NCBI GenBank assembly: GCA_950097015.1
Contig: CATNEN010000037.1
Location: 2,232,001 to 2,296,000, forward strand
Length of the DNA stretch: 64,000 nt
Direction of reading: 5' to 3'
From: Macrostomum hystrix
Taxonomy: Eukaryota; Animalia; Platyhelminthes
Part shown: one piece after another, positions 59,630 through 64,000 of the stretch
Layout of the letters: the number at the start of each line of letters is the position of its first letter
How positions within the stretch are numbered: the first letter of the stretch is position 1
Notes under the pieces: generated by a model
Database searches by the model: none
Told to the model about the DNA's origin: nothing
What the model saw: the letters and a program-made list of their open reading frames with translations, nothing else
Translations under genes and position numbers: made by a program

Positions 59630-62158
59630 TTAAATTTGTTCGTGCGAATCCCCAAACGGAATATTTGGCACACTGGGCAGTTGCTGCTGTAACTCTAGAT
59701 TAGAATCGTCGCAGTACAGGCTGCGCATCCAAAATACAGTGTGCGAATTGTCCACGAACAGCAGGTCGCGTCCGTTACGCAGTACTTGCACCTTGTTGAT
59801 ACTCTGACGCGAGTAGAGAGACACCATGCCAAGTTTCAACGGTGATTGCGATGGCACTGTGTAAAGTCTGTCTCGTAGCTCCGAGTCGGGTAGGCAGCAC
59901 ACATGTACACAATCAGAGGCAATGATCAGCTTGTGATGACGCACCCTATTTTGATCAGTGTGCACAGTCCAAGCAATACAACCGACATCGCTGGGCTGTA
60001 GTGGAACACCAATCTGCACCGGTTGACAATCGACCAGGTCAATCAGGCGTCCGTCGCGCATAGCCCACAAAGAAAATCGACTGTCATCGAATGCCGCAGC
60101 AAGAAGAAAAGTGTCTTCTCCGATTCGATGTGAGAATCGTAGACAGCGTAGAGGACAATTACGAGATTCCTCTTCTTTCCGAGACCGCCTGTCTACTATA
60201 CATGCCGTATTATCACCTGCTACCTTCCAGAGGATCATGCTACCAAGATCCGTGCCGCCTGCAACGAAGCCGAATAGGTAAGGGCAACTATTGCAGCACA
60301 GAAGACTCTCCTGCAAGTCATCTTCCATAGAACCGGCAACGCTTTGGTTGATGTTTAGTTCATCAGAAGACAGCAACTTCCAGCCCCGATCAAACAGCAG
60401 TAGAGCGGAAACACTCGTGGAGAACAGATGCAAATCAACCGGGAGAAGTTGCTTGTGGGGCAATGGGAGCTGCTGGACGCAAGAACAGTCCCGATAGACA
60501 ACAATAGTGTCACTTCTATTGGATCCAATAAAGCCCTGGCAGTCATAAAGAAAAACAATGTCACTAATTTTCACAGTCGATTCGATAGTGTTAAAAGTCC
60601 ATGATTCGTTGCATTCCTTCCCGATGATAACCTTATTGTAGAAGGTAAAAACGGCATACTTTCCGCTCGGGGCAAGGCGAATAGTTGCAGCTTTACTGAG
60701 TCGGTTTTCTTCTCCACTTAATTTTCCATTCTCGACAGTGCGCAAGTCATTTTCACTGGACTTTAAAATTATTAGCGACTTACGGACTGACTGGCAGGCA
60801 ACGATAATTTCGTTGTTAACAGTAACTGCGTCAAAAACAGTTCGCAACCGAAGAGTGATGTTCTCAGGTCCAAAAAAGATTGAACTAATATTAGTGTTAG
60901 GGGCGTGAAACGTTGTACTAAGATTGGCTTTCCAGCAAGTAAGAACACCTTCGGTAGACATTTCGGACGTCGAATACAAAAATGATTTGCCCGACGTAGG
61001 AAATGCCAGGCATTTCGTAAAACTCCCAGACCCATTCAGTTCGTTAACTAGTTGCAGCTTGCACGTCGATTCGGTTAGATCCGTCACACGGTAAAGGTAA
61101 ATGTGGGCACGAGTGCTAGTGCCAACGGCCAAATAGACACCCTCACTATTTATGGCTATGCTAGTGAAGGACGTCACACGAGGTCCATGTTCGCAATGCA
61201 GCTTATTTAGGGTCCTGGGATTCCATAGGTGTATTTCATTATTTGCTATTGACGCCGCAAATTGTGGACCAGGGCGTGGCTCAAATACACACTGGATGGG
61301 ATTTGAGTTCGAAGCATGTCCCGTATACTTGTTGATTTCGTAACGACTTTCGTAAATGTAGACACAATCGTTAGGACCAGAGACAGCTACTTGGGTTGCA
61401 TTAACGGAAGAAACCGCTGCTATGTGATTAATCTTTGCATTACCCAAGTCCCTTTCTTGATCGATAAAAAATTCTGAGCTCAAGTTTGTAATTCGATCCG
61501 TCAATGTGAAGACTCGCATCTTTCCATCGCTTCCGCCCACTAGGAGTTTGTCTTCAGACTCGAAGCACATAGCTGTAAAGACTGAATTGTTCTCATTTTC
61601 TCTATTTTCTTTGTAGACAGGTTCGCTGCTCTTAAAATATGGCGGCATACGCCCAGTTGTGCCCGATCTGGGTCTCCCATGAGGAAAGTGCAAGCTCCCT
61701 TCTTCAGAAGGTGGTGGAGCCGCAGGAGATGGTCGGACACCCACATCAAATGCAGAGCTTGGCAGTGGGTAGCGATAGAGCGCATATTCAGTCAAGATTA
61801 ACAGTGACTCGTTGTTTGGACGGAAAAGCGCTGCGACAACTTCAATGCCTTCTGCATCACCACGTGAATCGCTGGTGACCATGTCCTCCTTGCGGACGTG
61901 GAAGGTGCGCAGACCTGTGCTTAAGTCCAAAATAACTGCAGATGAGTCGCTCGTAACAACAGCATGCTTGCAATAGCGATCGAATGCGAAATTAGTCACA
62001 TCAGAGTCAACCTTGATAGTATTGTAGATCTGCTCTTCCGTCTGACCCGCGTTTAGCCAATAATAGAAGCAGAAAAAGTTTCTATGCTTCTTAGCAGCCT
62101 CTTCGGCACATTCACGAACTATGTTTCCCTCTGAAAGGGTCAGTGCCAGTTGAATCAT
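59630..62158 (-). CDS. APAF1: APAF1 segment 3: end of HD2 plus WD40 regulatory repeats
   Basis: IQLAL...FCFYYWLN aligns with APAF1 IVQLGL...YLEWIN. WD-like repeats LLVGGSDGKMRVFTL, FAASIANNEIHLWN, GGTDLGSMILWKV, AAFDDSRFSLWAM. 842-codon open frame. Confidence 0.88.
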   Translation of the reverse strand: MIQLALTLSEGNIVRECAEEAAKKHRNFFCFYYWLNAGQTEEQIYNTIKVDSDVTNFAFDRYCKHAVVTSDSSAVILDLSTGLRTFHVRKEDMVTSDSRGDAEGIEVVAALFRPNNESLLILTEYALYRYPLPSSAFDVGVRPSPAAPPPSEEGSLHFPHGRPRSGTTGRMPPYFKSSEPVYKENRENENNSVFTAMCFESEDKLLVGGSDGKMRVFTLTDRITNLSSEFFIDQERDLGNAKINHIAAVSSVNATQVAVSGPNDCVYIYESRYEINKYTGHASNSNPIQCVFEPRPGPQFAASIANNEIHLWNPRTLNKLHCEHGPRVTSFTSIAINSEGVYLAVGTSTRAHIYLYRVTDLTESTCKLQLVNELNGSGSFTKCLAFPTSGKSFLYSTSEMSTEGVLTCWKANLSTTFHAPNTNISSIFFGPENITLRLRTVFDAVTVNNEIIVACQSVRKSLIILKSSENDLRTVENGKLSGEENRLSKAATIRLAPSGKYAVFTFYNKVIIGKECNESWTFNTIESTVKISDIVFLYDCQGFIGSNRSDTIVVYRDCSCVQQLPLPHKQLLPVDLHLFSTSVSALLLFDRGWKLLSSDELNINQSVAGSMEDDLQESLLCCNSCPYLFGFVAGGTDLGSMILWKVAGDNTACIVDRRSRKEEESRNCPLRCLRFSHRIGEDTFLLAAAFDDSRFSLWAMRDGRLIDLVDCQPVQIGVPLQPSDVGCIAWTVHTDQNRVRHHKLIIASDCVHVCCLPDSELRDRLYTVPSQSPLKLGMVSLYSRQSINKVQVLRNGRDLLFVDNSHTVFWMRSLYCDDSNLELQQQLPSVPNIPFGDSHEQI

Positions 62159-62552
62159 AGCGGAATCTGATCGACGAGTTGCCTAAGTATGTAGACTGAA
62201 TGCGGAAAATCGGCGATCGGAAAAAATCAACAAAGTCAGTTAGGCTTTTCTTAGTGGCATCGCTCATATTAAAAAACTTAATAGAGTACTGATAAACAAA
62301 GGCCAGATTATCTGCACCAATGCGACAGCATAGCCACGAAATAAAATCAAAATCGCGCAAAATTTCCAACTTATTGTCGAGAGAAATCACGTCACAACTA
62401 ACTAAATGATAGACAAGGTTGTATGCCAAGTAGTGGAACTCATCGCTGCTATCGATCTCAATCCAGCTACTCAAGTTCTTCTTTAGGCTCAGGACATTCT
62501 CCACAAACTGGTTGTTGTAGCTAGTTCTCTTTTCCTTGAATTCGTTCTTCAT
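62112..62552 (-). CDS. APAF1: APAF1 segment 2: helical domain 2, in a +1 frame relative to segment 1
   Basis: HYLAYNLVYHLVS...LRDFDFISWLCCRIGADNLAFVYQY...DFVDFF parallels APAF1 YWYNFLAYHMAS...LMFSLDWIKAKTELVGPAHLIHEFVEY...NFQEFL. Confidence 0.75.
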   Translation of the reverse strand: MKNEFKEKRTSYNNQFVENVLSLKKNLSSWIEIDSSDEFHYLAYNLVYHLVSCDVISLDNKLEILRDFDFISWLCCRIGADNLAFVYQYSIKFFNMSDATKKSLTDFVDFFRSPIFRIQSTYLGNSSIRFRYDSTGTDPFRGKHSS

Positions 62553-63960
62553 TGCGCTTACGAATCAGATCGTGCAGAGTAAGAAGCTGCACGTCTTGTT
62601 GGTAAGTCTCAATTGTGGCAATTGAACGTCTGGAAAACGCTACCATTAAATCCAAACAGTCATCCTCTGCGAGTGGACTGCCATCTTCATCTCGCCAGCA
62701 GAAAGTTGAAAGGAATCCAACAGAAAGAAATGTGTCTTCCGGAAAAATAGTTAACTGGAGATAATGCTCTTTGTACTTGTATTCCAGATCGTCAATACTA
62801 ACCAAGATGGCATCCTTAATAGATTCGTATTGATAGTCGCCAGGCTCTAAATCAACATTATTAAGAAGGTTGTCCTCATACTTCTTTAGGAATCTCTCGA
62901 ATTGATTAAGTCGGCCACGAAGAAGACCTCCAAAAATGGACACAATAAAAGGATTGCCTTTGCATTTCGTATGTAGCCTGTGAATGCGCTGCAAGTCTTG
63001 GTCGCTGAATGAGTCGGAAACTTGACCCTGCGAGTGTTCACTGTTGATCATTTGGGTCAAAAGTCTAACTGCTGCGTCTTCAGTGAAGCCTTCATTAACA
63101 GAGATTGTGACGCGTCGACTAGGATCTCCAGTTTGAATGTTTCTAAAAATGTCTTCCTTCCTTGAAGTAACAACAATTCTTGCTTGAACGTTGAAATGTC
63201 GTAAGATTTTTGGTTCCCACACGTCATCCAGGACAATCAGACCGCATGGATACTTCTCTATCATGACTTTGCGCAATTCATTTGTGGCATCTGTCAGACT
63301 ACCTGGTGGCGTAGCGCGTAACTCTGGATTCAAACGAATGCAAATATTCTGCATTTTCGCCAGGAGCAATGAATCCAATTCGTCGCTGCGCAAATTTCCA
63401 ATTGTGAACCAGAACACATGATTGAAGAAGTAAGAGGCAATGGGACTACCACTAGCAGCAGTGCCTCTGATGGCCTGGGCCGTTATTACCGACTTCCCAG
63501 CGCCGCCGTGGCCTTTCACAAGAATCCAGCCACCGTCAGAGCGGGCTGACAACTTGACTAAACTTTCCTTTAGTTCGGACACATACTTGAGCTCAATGTT
63601 GCCTTGTGGAGCAATTGGAATACCACCATTTATGAAGACGGCCTCATAATCACTAGTTGATTTGGTTAGATAAATCTGTGGACTTTGCTGATAATTTGAG
63701 AGCTCACTTGACCAAAATGAGTAGGGACCAGCCAGGCTAGAAATCAGGCAGTTAAACGTTCTGGTGTCACTCTTTTTCACTAGAAGGTCCACTAAGGTGC
63801 TAGTTTGCTCATTTGTGCTGCCTGCTTTCATTATTATTTGCTTGTCCTCAAGGGTAATAAGGCCAGAGCTAATTAACGAATCCTCAATGTCACGAAAGTC
63901 AACATCCCTGGCCAAAGCACCCTTAAGGGCCATCAGGGCAGCTTTATGTCGCAGGTCCAT
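62521..63960 (-). CDS. APAF1: APAF1 segment 1: CARD plus NB-ARC
   Basis: ATG 63960 MDLRHKAALMALKGALARD (CARD); Walker A GHGGAGKS; Walker B LIVLDDVW; RIVVTSR; GNP; LHD motif. Confidence 0.92.
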   Translation of the reverse strand: MDLRHKAALMALKGALARDVDFRDIEDSLISSGLITLEDKQIIMKAGSTNEQTSTLVDLLVKKSDTRTFNCLISSLAGPYSFWSSELSNYQQSPQIYLTKSTSDYEAVFINGGIPIAPQGNIELKYVSELKESLVKLSARSDGGWILVKGHGGAGKSVITAQAIRGTAASGSPIASYFFNHVFWFTIGNLRSDELDSLLLAKMQNICIRLNPELRATPPGSLTDATNELRKVMIEKYPCGLIVLDDVWEPKILRHFNVQARIVVTSRKEDIFRNIQTGDPSRRVTISVNEGFTEDAAVRLLTQMINSEHSQGQVSDSFSDQDLQRIHRLHTKCKGNPFIVSIFGGLLRGRLNQFERFLKKYEDNLLNNVDLEPGDYQYESIKDAILVSIDDLEYKYKEHYLQLTIFPEDTFLSVGFLSTFCWRDEDGSPLAEDDCLDLMVAFSRRSIATIETYQQDVQLLTLHDLIRKRNEERIQGKEN

Positions 63961-64000
63961 TGATTTGCAGTTTAACCACAGAGGCTGCAAATTTCTTCAA

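Noticed and set aside
62112-62170. Programmed antizyme- or Euplotes-style +1 frameshift at the APAF1 stop codons (TCG TGA; AAC TAG)
   Set aside because: At junction 2, homology (IQLAL) switches frame ~45 nt before the stop, so shifting at the stop would lose conserved residues; no shared slippery motif.

Overview
Eukaryotic (metazoan) genomic DNA with spliceosomal GT-AG introns, standard genetic code, and no rRNA, intact tRNA or CRISPR. About a third of the window (my rough sum is ~23 kb) is micro/minisatellite, and nearly all long ORFs in the supplied track are artefacts of these arrays. The repeat density and gene style suggest a flatworm such as Macrostomum (inference only). Genes I can reconstruct: (1) PRKX/Pka-C3-type kinase (-, 2 exons, 13.3-kb intron); (2) a 2-exon secreted orphan protein nested antisense in that intron; (3) a divergent Mint/X11 (APBA) PTB-PDZ-PDZ adaptor (+, 4 exons); (4) mitochondrial RCC1L/WBSCR16 (-, 3 exons, no in-frame ATG); (5) an apparently intronless APAF1 (CARD-NB-ARC-HD2-WD40, -) split by two +1 frameshifts; (6) lower-confidence models for a multi-TM protein and a 3-exon low-complexity protein. 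Mobile DNA: four copies of a tRNA-derived SINE, a second tRNA-headed element, two MITEs, Helitron-type termini around two large arrays, a decayed PIF1 helicase and a truncated LINE-like tail inside a minisatellite. Highlights: a ~110-nt Pol III-type tRNA-Ser-like cassette with a hammerhead ribozyme between its A and B boxes; a second minimal hammerhead; an RCC1L frame that opens exactly at a splice acceptor (candidate spliced-leader-donated AUG); the APAF1 frameshifts, which are bracketed by a frame-restoring cryptic intron; and the nested secreted orphan. All coordinates were counted by hand and repeat boundaries are approximate.
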